64,000 bases of DNA from Thermoplasmata archaeon. GTDB lineage: Archaea > Thermoplasmatota > Thermoplasmata > Lutacidiplasmatales > UBA184. Location of the stretch: the NCBI GenBank assembly GCA_028864975.1, contig JAGWLG010000003.1:1-64000 (forward strand). The letters run 5' to 3'. Of the stretch, positions 1 to 7,764 are shown piece by piece. The first letter of the stretch is position 1. Every line of letters begins with the position of its first letter. The translations under genes and the position numbers were made by a program. The notes beneath the pieces were generated by a model. That model searched no databases. It was not told the origin of the DNA and saw only the letters and a program-made list of their open reading frames with translations.

Positions 1-221
1 GCCCGACTTTCCCCATTGTCGACCTGCTTCAATCGAGCCGTTGCCGGCTCGGCCTTGGTCCTCGCTACGTGTCTCTCGGTTTCTTCCACTGTCGGTCTTT
101 CACCTATTGGTCTTGCTGTCTTTGGCGGCGCACTTCGTCGCTGGGCCGCCGGCTCGGTTGTCGAGCTGGTCGCACATCCTGATCCCTCGCGAAGGACGGG
201 GCGAAGGGCGCGGGGGAGCCG

Positions 222-765
222 CTACTCCGACGCCAGGGACCGGAGGAGGACCCGTAGCTCGTCGTACGACTCCCAGACATGGGATGGACCGCCGAGTTCG
301 TACAGGTCCACGTGGTAGCGTGTCCTGTTCCTCTTCTCGAGCATCACTACGACCCCTTCCCCCCTGTCCACGACCCCTTGCTCAGGAAGGAGATGTACCG
401 ACGTGGGAGCGAGGGTCCCGTCCAGGATTCGGTTCGAGAGGTAGTCGAGCTCCGCGGTGAGGCCGAGGAGCCGCCCTCCCCTCGGCCAGTAAAGAAGGAA
501 TCGGGTGATTTTCGCCTCCGCGACGATGCGGCGAAAGAGCCCGCATCTGGACCCGGTCCGACGGACCCCGCCACTCCTCCATCACCGCCACCGAGAGTCC
601 TTGGGCTCGCAGGTAGGCTGCGAAGGCCCGACGCACCTGCAGAGGGAAGGGCTCGCCGGTCGCGAGTTCGGCCCCGTGCTCGTGGAGGAGAGAGGCGACC
701 CAGGAAGGGATCGGGCTATGGGTACCCTCCCCCCACTCGGACGGACCCAAGAGCAGGGACGCCAT
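222..765 (-). pseudogene. Frameshifted hypothetical protein (about 180 aa if repaired)
   Basis: The ATG at 765 overlaps the upstream TGA. The frame reads ...RRAFAAYLRAQGLSVAVMEEWRGPSD, then protein-like sequence continues in another frame (GLFRRIVAEAKITRFLLYWPRGGRLLGLTAELDYLSNRIL...ELRVLLRSLASE*) to the TAG at 222-224. The break is near 540-555, at two GGG runs. Confidence 0.55.
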
Positions 766-1127
766 CACGCCTCGAGCCACCGCTCGGCCGTGGCTCGGGG
801 CAAGTGGGGAGCACTAGTCCGAACGAGGGCGCGGAACTTGTCCAGGAACTGGAGCATTCCGGCCCCCCTGGGAGAAAGCTCCACGGCGACTCGGATTGAC
901 CGCCCCCGGGGGTGCTTCTCCCACTTGGCCCCCTTGGCGGCACGCACCCAGACCAGATCGTAGAGCTCGAGACCGTGTAGGGCGAGGCGGAAGCTCTCGG
1001 GATGGATGTTGGAGCCCTTGCGGACCTCGAGAGGGTCGTGGGGCCCGCCGTCGCGCAAGTTCTCCAGGATCACGGGGGCATGGGGATTCTGGATCACCCA
1101 TGTGAGCGGGTCCTCGGGCAGCTTCAT
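765..1127 (-). CDS. Putative winged-helix DNA-binding protein
   Basis: 120 aa with a wHTH-like pattern (ILENL...FRLALHGLELYDLV...VELSPRG..ML). A GAAGTGA SD-like motif precedes the ATG. Confidence 0.55.
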   Translation of the reverse strand: MKLPEDPLTWVIQNPHAPVILENLRDGGPHDPLEVRKGSNIHPESFRLALHGLELYDLVWVRAAKGAKWEKHPRGRSIRVAVELSPRGAGMLQFLDKFRALVRTSAPHLPRATAERWLEA

Positions 1128-1577
1128 CGAGGGTCACTTCTGCCCCGGCAGGGAGCCGCTTACAAGTGACTTGAACGCGCCGAGGTTCATAAGGCCTCGT
1201 GAGGTCCTTCGTGTGGGGTGGCCTCGGGGTTCTGGGGGCTCTCCTTCGGAATCCACGACTTCGCGAGGGACTCCGAAGAACGGATGAACGGGGCCCGAGA
1301 AGCGAGCTTGGCCCGGGGAGCATAACCGACGAACTGCAGCCTGTGTTGAGCGACGCGCGCTGTTCGGAATAACCTACCCCTCGCTTCCGCTGAAAGGCCA
1401 GAGCTTGGCGCGTACCCCCATGGATTTGTACAAGCGACCTAGGCTGTAATCGCGAGGGAAGTCCAGGAGGGAGCATCATGAACGTTCTGAACGAGAGGGA
1501 TCCTCCCCTCGGTCAGGCGGCGGGTCGGACGTGATCCCCCGTCCCGGACGAGCGGAATCGAAACGGAAGAGAGCATG

Positions 1578-2846
1578 TCAGGGGCCTGGAACCGCCGCAG
1601 CCGCCGGCTCCTTGGACCGCTCAGGTGGGCGGCGCGGGATTCCTTGGCCACCTCCGGCGGCCCTGTCCCTGGCTGTCGTTCGGGGCGAGTTCCTGAGCCT
1701 TGCCGCTAGCGCGAGCGTGTTGCCCGCCAGCAGCGCCAGGAATGGCAAGATCGAGGACCACGACTGGTGGGCCGAGAGCGGGGTGCTCCCGAGGCTCCAG
1801 AGCGCGCCTAGCAGGACATAGAGAGCGCCGACCACCAAGCCGTACCGCCACATCCATCGGGTCTGGGAAGGCGCGCACCGAGGCTCGGGAACCATCCAGA
1901 GGCCGAAGAAGACGGTGATCGGGGAGAAGAGGACCGTGCCCAAGGCCGCGACGGACAGCCCGTTCTGGACACCGAGGACCAGCCCCTCGAGAGGGAGCGC
2001 GACCGCGAAGAAGGAGACGGGCAGCCACACCTGGCGAGGTTGACGGATGGTCAGAAGGATCCCGAGGAGCGCCACCAGGACCATCTCCACCTCCCGCGAG
2101 GCCGGGACGTGGGGGGCGGGCCAGCTGCCCACCTGCCACGAGATGGGCAGGGCCAAGAGCACGTAGCCCACCGTGATGCCCAGCGCCGTCGGGTTGAACC
2201 AAGGCCTTCCCGAGATGCGCAGCGCATGTCTCGGGACGAGCGCGGCCGCGGTCGACGCGAGGAGCAGGACGCCATAGTCCCCGGCGGCGCTCCCCCATGC
2301 CGCGTTCGGAGGTTGGAGGAGAAGGACGAGGAACATCGCGGTCGACAGCGCGGCGTCGGGGAAACGCAGGCCGTGGCGGAATCGTGCGAACTGGAGCGCC
2401 ATGTCCAGGGCGACCGCGAAGGCGACCACCAGGGCCCAGGCCTCGGCCCCGGGGACGGAGGACTGCCCTCCACCCACGAAGATGAGCGTGCCTAGGAAGA
2501 TCCACACCAGACGGACCGGGGGCAGTCTCCGAAGGACCTTCGTGATCAGGGTCCTTCGACGAGGAGCGCGGTCGGTCTCGTCCCCGCTGGAGGGCCCCTT
2601 GGTCACGTGGCTCGCGGGTTCGGGCCCCCGCGGGGGGAGGAGGGCCTGGGGTGGTTCGCCAGAGCGCTCCGGAGGGATGCCCTCTCCAATCGAGGACGGC
2701 CCGGAGGGGTCACTCGGGGCCCCGCGGGGCAAGAGGTACCAGGCGATCTGGCACCGAGGGCAGAGCTTTCCCAGGATGAGCTCGGTTTGGCACGAGGGGC
2801 ACCGCGCCAGGTCGGATGCCTTCCCCTCAGGGTCGTCGGAACTCAC
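1578..2846 (-). CDS. RnfD/NqrB-like polytopic membrane protein with N-terminal CxxC-x9-CxxC motif
   Basis: Many TM segments. Motifs WFNPTALGI and LWMVPEPRCAP resemble the FNP..G and F.M.T(D/E)P...P motifs of the NQR2/RnfD family. The N-terminus has CPSC...CPRC. ATGA overlap with the upstream gene. Confidence 0.7.
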   Translation of the reverse strand: MSSDDPEGKASDLARCPSCQTELILGKLCPRCQIAWYLLPRGAPSDPSGPSSIGEGIPPERSGEPPQALLPPRGPEPASHVTKGPSSGDETDRAPRRRTLITKVLRRLPPVRLVWIFLGTLIFVGGGQSSVPGAEAWALVVAFAVALDMALQFARFRHGLRFPDAALSTAMFLVLLLQPPNAAWGSAAGDYGVLLLASTAAALVPRHALRISGRPWFNPTALGITVGYVLLALPISWQVGSWPAPHVPASREVEMVLVALLGILLTIRQPRQVWLPVSFFAVALPLEGLVLGVQNGLSVAALGTVLFSPITVFFGLWMVPEPRCAPSQTRWMWRYGLVVGALYVLLGALWSLGSTPLSAHQSWSSILPFLALLAGNTLALAARLRNSPRTTARDRAAGGGQGIPRRPPERSKEPAAAAVPGP

Positions 2847-5356
2847 CCCTTCCCTCCGGGGGATGGCCGCCGCGCGGCCGACTCCCGCTTTCTCGCAGAC
2901 AGTGCAGCTCGTCCCCTCGGGCGCTCCTTCTCCGCGCGAGCAGGAAGTGCCGATCCCTCCCCTCGACCGTTACTGTCCGTCCCCTTGGGGGGAGGCTCGT
3001 TTCGGCCTCGGGACTTGACGTGCGACGGGCTCTCAGAGGATCCGTCCGACGAGGTTCCCTTGCCCGCGTGGGGCCGACGCGGGCCCCGGACCAAGAGAAG
3101 GAGAGTCCCCATCGCCATCAAACCGAGCAAGGCGAGCGCGGTCGACGCAGGGTTGCCGATCCCGTTCCACGGGACCTGGGCCTGCGCGCTCCAACGTGCT
3201 CCACCCGGTGCTGTGGAGGGCGCGGCTGACACGGTGACCGTCGTCGAGCAGTTGACCGCGTACCCTTCACTGTCTTCGACCCTCACGAAGGCAAGGTAGG
3301 TGCCCGCCCGGTGGTACATCTCGTGGGCGGTCAGTCCTGTCCGGTTCGTCGTCCCGTCCCCGAAGTTCCAGAGAAACGGCCCGGGATAGCTCCCCGATCC
3401 ACCGGTGAGACGCAAGGAGAAGTTCACGAGGAACGGAGGAGCCAACGAAGAGGACGAGGACGTGGCCGTGGCCATCAGCGAGCCCACCAGGGCGGGACCT
3501 ACGCTGACGTTCGCCTCGGCGGTCGCCAGCGCGCCATGAGCGTCGCTCACGGTGGCCCGAAGCGTGTAGTTCCCTCCCGAGAGCGGAGGGGTCGCGTAGA
3601 TGTGATCGGCCCCCGTGCAGGCCGGGTCCGTGCATCCGGACGCGGAGGAAGCGTCCCCCCACCACCACTCGACGGGGGAGTACGGAGCGACCCCCCCGGC
3701 CAGGGAGGCGACGGCGTCGACGCTCATCGGGGCCTCTCCCAGGCTCCGGTTCGTCACCACTTGCAGGCGGAGTCCGGTGAAGCTGACGTTCGTGGAGGCT
3801 CCCGCCACGTCCCCCCTCGAGTCCGTCGCCGTGGCGGTCACGACGAACGAGCCGGGAGCGGAATATCGGTGGGTGGCCTGGACACCGGAGCCAAGGCCAC
3901 CATCGCCGAAGCTCCAAGCCACCGAGTATCCACCGGTCCCGCCCGTGATCGAGGCGGTCGCCGTCACGTTGATCGGCACCGAGCCCGTGAAGGGGTCCGC
4001 CGTCACCCGGAGCGCGAGGGGCTGCACGGACCCTCCCGAGACCAAGATGGTTGGTGCATTCCCGATGCCGGAGCGACCGCTCGCGTCCGTCACCACGACC
4101 TGAGGAGTGAAGCTGCCCGCCGACCGGAAGACGTGTTCCACGGCAATCCCACTCGCCCAACTGCCGTCCCCGAACGTCCAGTTCGCCCGGAGGGGAGAGG
4201 TCCCTCCGCTCGCGTTCGCCGATAGATTGACGTGGAGCCACGCCGGACCGCTTGTCCGGTCGGCGAGCGCGGTTACCTGGAGCGGCGAAGGCGACGAGAC
4301 GGAGACCGAGGTCCAGACCCTGCTGGTCGCCCCCGTCGCATCCATGACGGTCAGGAGCGCGGCGTAGCTACCCCCCACGCTGTAGGTGTGGTTCACGACC
4401 GCGCCCGCGGTTTGGCCTCCGTCGCCGAAGTCCCACGCGTAGGTGTAGGGAAGGAGACCTCCGCTCACCGTAGAGGAGAAGCTGACGGCCAAGGGAGCGG
4501 TTCCCGTGGAGGGGGTCGCCGAGGCGCTCGCGAGCAGCGGAGGAGGACCGAGGACCGAGACCGCGACGCTCGCCTGGGACTCCTCGCCCGCGCTGTCGGT
4601 CAGGGTGAGGACGGCTCGGTAGGTCCCTACCGAAGTGTAGGTGTGGGAGGGGTCTTGGAGGGTCGAGCTGGCGCCATCGCCAAAGTCCCAGGAGTAGGCA
4701 TACGGGGGCGTCCCTCCCGATCCCCCGCCGGTGAAATTGACCGTCAGAGGAGGATGCCCCTGAACGGGACCTCCGCTCGCGGTCGCGGTGGGGGCCCCGG
4801 GGGCGGGGCCGATGTCGATGATGCCTTGGGACATGCTGCCATGCCCAGGGCCGCAGTAGGTCGTGCAGTAGACCTGGTCGCCGCTCTCGGCGACGAAGGG
4901 GGCCACGAAGCTTCCGCTGTTCCAAGAGCCCACGGGGGCGGCCATGCTGATCAAGAGCCCTCTCGACGCCGAGAGGATCCCCACCCCGTGCTGGTCCGCC
5001 CCGCCGACCCCGGCGTCCGGGGGGTAGCTCGTGGCGTTGATGTTCACCGTCCAACCTTCGTACAGATGCCAGGAGCTGGTGTCGTTCTGCCCGGTGCGGG
5101 AGTCGGTGATCCAGAAGCCGTAGTCGTAGGCGACCACGTCGAACCACTGGCCACCCGGTGAGCTGGCGGGGACCGACGGGTTCACGAGACCTCGCGGACA
5201 GCCGACCTTGCCTGGGAGGTCGCATCGGAGATCAGAGGGGAACAGGGTCCCGTACGCGGACAAGACAACAACGGCGGCGAGTCCTAACGTCGTCCCACGC
5301 CGAACCGCCTCCATGGAAGCAGGAGCCGCCCGAGGGCGATCCCGTACCTTCGTCAT
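2843..5356 (-). CDS. Membrane-anchored surface protein: CuA-type cupredoxin domain plus 6 PKD repeats
   Basis: N-terminal hydrophobic signal. His (DQH, 4988-4990) and CTTYCGPGHGSM (4832-4867) match the CuA motif C-x3-C-x3-H-x2-M. Six W(D/T/S/N)FGDG-type PKD repeats, a C-terminal TM helix and a basic tail follow. Confidence 0.8.
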   Translation of the reverse strand: MTKVRDRPRAAPASMEAVRRGTTLGLAAVVVLSAYGTLFPSDLRCDLPGKVGCPRGLVNPSVPASSPGGQWFDVVAYDYGFWITDSRTGQNDTSSWHLYEGWTVNINATSYPPDAGVGGADQHGVGILSASRGLLISMAAPVGSWNSGSFVAPFVAESGDQVYCTTYCGPGHGSMSQGIIDIGPAPGAPTATASGGPVQGHPPLTVNFTGGGSGGTPPYAYSWDFGDGASSTLQDPSHTYTSVGTYRAVLTLTDSAGEESQASVAVSVLGPPPLLASASATPSTGTAPLAVSFSSTVSGGLLPYTYAWDFGDGGQTAGAVVNHTYSVGGSYAALLTVMDATGATSRVWTSVSVSSPSPLQVTALADRTSGPAWLHVNLSANASGGTSPLRANWTFGDGSWASGIAVEHVFRSAGSFTPQVVVTDASGRSGIGNAPTILVSGGSVQPLALRVTADPFTGSVPINVTATASITGGTGGYSVAWSFGDGGLGSGVQATHRYSAPGSFVVTATATDSRGDVAGASTNVSFTGLRLQVVTNRSLGEAPMSVDAVASLAGGVAPYSPVEWWWGDASSASGCTDPACTGADHIYATPPLSGGNYTLRATVSDAHGALATAEANVSVGPALVGSLMATATSSSSSLAPPFLVNFSLRLTGGSGSYPGPFLWNFGDGTTNRTGLTAHEMYHRAGTYLAFVRVEDSEGYAVNCSTTVTVSAAPSTAPGGARWSAQAQVPWNGIGNPASTALALLGLMAMGTLLLLVRGPRRPHAGKGTSSDGSSESPSHVKSRGRNEPPPKGTDSNGRGEGSALPARAEKERPRGRAALSARKRESAARRPSPGGKG

Positions 5357-5918
5357 CCGCGCCGTCGACCCCCAGGGACCGATGTCCCCGAGGGCCGAGG
5401 TGTCGACAACGGCTCACGCCTACTTGAACCGCGAGGGGAACGGAAGGCCCTGGGCGGAGGACCTTCTCAGGGCCGTTCGCTCCTCCTTTCGTGCGGAGGG
5501 GGGCATCGGTGCTGGCGCACGCGCTCATGCGTTCGATGGGGAGGATGCTCTGCCGAAGGACGGCGAAGGGGATCGGGGAGCGGGGACTTGCGCAGGACGG
5601 GCGGAACCTCTTGGAGGGCCGGGACGAGTTGGACCCGGTCCTCGGGGCCTACCGCGACGGAGCGAGCTTCACGGGGGTGCCCGGAAGAACGCGGCGCGAG
5701 GCCCGCTGGCCGAGGAACCACTGGAGGAGCTCCAGCGGCAGCGCGATGTGTCTTGGGCGGCGCAACCGTGCTACATGTACTGGGGGCACGTGGCCGACGA
5801 CAGCTTCACCTCGATGAATGCGAGGTCGCCTTAGCTGACGTCCGAAACTCGGGTCCGGAATCGGTTCGATCCGCGCCGGGAGACGTCGGCTAGCTAGGGC
5901 TCGACTGGGGAACCCCGG

Positions 5919-6107
5919 TCAGTACGTCCGCGAGGAGACGGCGGCGCAGCCCTTGTGGCACCCCTCGCAGAACGAGGCGTTGCGCATCCGACGATGGCGG
6001 TTCATGGGATGTCCACAGATCGCACAGATCGCCCCCGGGACCTCTCGATCGTGGATTGCCAGTTCGACCATCCGGTTCTGGATGGCCGCGGGGGAGCGCT
6101 TGGGCAT
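5919..6107 (-). CDS. Small Cys/His-rich putative zinc-finger protein (62 aa)
   Basis: MPKRS...CAICGHPMNRH...FCEGCHKGC. A TATA-like CTTATC lies about 28 nt upstream of this ATG. Confidence 0.5.
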   Translation of the reverse strand: MPKRSPAAIQNRMVELAIHDREVPGAICAICGHPMNRHRRMRNASFCEGCHKGCAAVSSRTY

Positions 6108-6340
6108 CGGCCATGGCAGCACCGTGAGGTGATAAGAGCGGCCCGCCGCCGGTCACACCCTGCTGGGAGCGGCTGGCGTGGTGTCGAGGAAGGGAGCCCC
6201 GGTTGCGCCCACGCCTCGGACCTCAGAAGGCACTTGGCCTCCCACGCTCGCGTCAACGTCCCCGCAGGGAGCACCTCGGGCCGTTGACTGGCCGAAGCCG
6301 GCGGGGTTCCACGAAAGCGACGGAGCTCGGGAGGAGCCGG

Positions 6341-6613
6341 TCACTGGACGAGCGTCGTGTCGATGACCTCGACGCTCTCGACGTGGGGCACGCCCTGGAG
6401 CGCCTTCTCGACCTGCTCCTGGAGACCCCCCGTGTCGGGGATGTGGACCGAGATGAGGAGCGCCTTCAGGCCGAAGGCGATGTCGCGCACCTGCATGCCC
6501 CGGAGCTTCGCGTCCTTGGGCATGGCCTCGCGGGCCTTCTCGGCGAGCGTCTTCATGTCGACGTCGACCCCCGTCGGCATGACCCGGACGACGAGTCCGA
6601 CCGTGCTTCCCAT
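6341..6613 (-). CDS. ef1b: Translation elongation factor 1-beta
   Basis: V.VMP...D...IAFGLKAL...VESVEV signature; 90 aa. Confidence 0.95.
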   Translation of the reverse strand: MGSTVGLVVRVMPTGVDVDMKTLAEKAREAMPKDAKLRGMQVRDIAFGLKALLISVHIPDTGGLQEQVEKALQGVPHVESVEVIDTTLVQ

Positions 6614-6640
6614 GTTCCTGGATCCCTCGCGATCGAGGGC

Positions 6641-6889
6641 CTACGGGCCCTGGAAGCTGCACGCGCGGCAGCGGTAGCCCACTGACTGGTCCCGGCACTG
6701 TGCGCAGCGTCCGAGCCCGGGCTCGCCGCACTTCGGGCAGTTGAAGGCGACCACGCCCCACCCGATGAGGGTCCGGCCGCAGGAAGAGCAATTCTGCGCG
6801 GGAACGCCGGGAGTCGAGGACCTGGCCGACGCTGCACCCGCTGGGGAGGCGGCGGGGGTCGCGGGGGCCCGCATCTCCGGAGCGCTCAC
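6641..6889 (-). CDS. DUF1610 family zinc-ribbon protein (HVO_2753-like)
   Basis: CSSC, FNCPKCGE, RCAQCR, YRCRACSFQGP. Sits immediately upstream of EF-1beta, the usual archaeal arrangement. Confidence 0.9.
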   Translation of the reverse strand: MSAPEMRAPATPAASPAGAASARSSTPGVPAQNCSSCGRTLIGWGVVAFNCPKCGEPGLGRCAQCRDQSVGYRCRACSFQGP

Positions 6890-7764
6890 GGGTTCTTCTT
6901 CCTACGAGGGCGGCGGGGGCCGAAAAATAGGAGCGATATAAAGATGGCAAGGACCGTCACGGAGATGCCCGAGAGGTAGTAGAGCGTGTAGTCGGGCGCG
7001 GGCGCCGGGACGTAGAAGCTCACGTCCATCGATGGCTGCCCGTTCGCGAACTCGAGGACCCCGGCCCCGCCCACCAGGGTCAGCGTGAACGTGTGGTAAC
7101 CTGAGGAAAGGCCCAGCGTGGTGTAGTTGTACTTGATCTGGGCACTGCCCGCGGGGAGCAGGCTGGGGACCCGAAGGCTGCCGACGACCGAACCGTCCAA
7201 GGCCACCTGGATGACGGCGCCATCCACCCCGAAGTTGTTCGGGTTCTCGACCGTCGCGGAGATGATGTAGGGGACCACGACCTGGAACTGCCGGGAGAAG
7301 ACTTGGGTCAGGTTCTGGGCGCCGTGACCGACGCCATGGCTCGTCACGTTGAACTCGAGCGTGTAGGTGCCCGTGTGGTTGATCCCGCCTACCGTGGCGT
7401 TGACGTACTGGGCGATGAAGGCGCCCGACGGAGGGGTGACGAACGACCCCGCGGTGTCTGCGCCCACGAGCTGCGTCGTGAAGGTGTAGTTCCCGACGAC
7501 GGAGCCGTTCAAGCGCTCGGCGGGCCCGCCTTGGGCATAGGCGACGAACTTCCCCGAGCCGTTCAACGAGAGCAGGGAGGGGCCGGTGATCGAGACGCTG
7601 AAGGGTGGATAGTTCGTGCTCGAACCTCGCGAAACGCCCACGGCTGGGGTGAGCAGCGAGACGACCAACAGGGCGATGACAGCTCCCAACAAGAGAAAAG
7701 GTCGGAGGGTCGGGGAAGGGGAGGTGGGCGCAGGGGCCCCGCTGCGGAGCTTCTTCGCGATCAT
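6886..7764 (-). CDS. Secreted, C-terminally anchored Ig-like (CARDB-like) membrane protein, 292 aa
   Basis: True start is MIAKK at 7764 (ATGA overlap with the aglB stop); the listed 580 aa ORF is over-extended. It has a signal helix, a beta-rich body with N-x-S/T sequons, a C-terminal TM helix and an RRPRRKK tail. Confidence 0.75.
   Translation of the reverse strand: MIAKKLRSGAPAPTSPSPTLRPFLLLGAVIALLVVSLLTPAVGVSRGSSTNYPPFSVSITGPSLLSLNGSGKFVAYAQGGPAERLNGSVVGNYTFTTQLVGADTAGSFVTPPSGAFIAQYVNATVGGINHTGTYTLEFNVTSHGVGHGAQNLTQVFSRQFQVVVPYIISATVENPNNFGVDGAVIQVALDGSVVGSLRVPSLLPAGSAQIKYNYTTLGLSSGYHTFTLTLVGGAGVLEFANGQPSMDVSFYVPAPAPDYTLYYLSGISVTVLAIFISLLFFGPRRPRRKKNP

Noticed and set aside
1-220. Short plus-strand ORFs 16..318 and 41..460
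   Set aside because: No motifs; they look like shadow frames, and the window edge prevents assessment.
1130-1570. Intergenic region with CAAG-TGA-CTTG inverted repeat and an ACTTGAAC motif also seen near 5422
   Set aside because: Too short to exceed chance; spacing to the start codons is inconsistent.
4832-4990. Calling the CuA gene coxB (cytochrome c oxidase subunit II)
   Set aside because: It lacks the two N-terminal TM helices of subunit II, has PKD repeats, and no subunit I gene is adjacent.
5835-5885. tRNA-like GGTTCGATCC
   Set aside because: The T-stem does not pair and no acceptor, D or anticodon arms can be formed.
5400-5893. Possible decayed plus-strand gene spread over three frames
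   Set aside because: No recognisable family motif in any frame.
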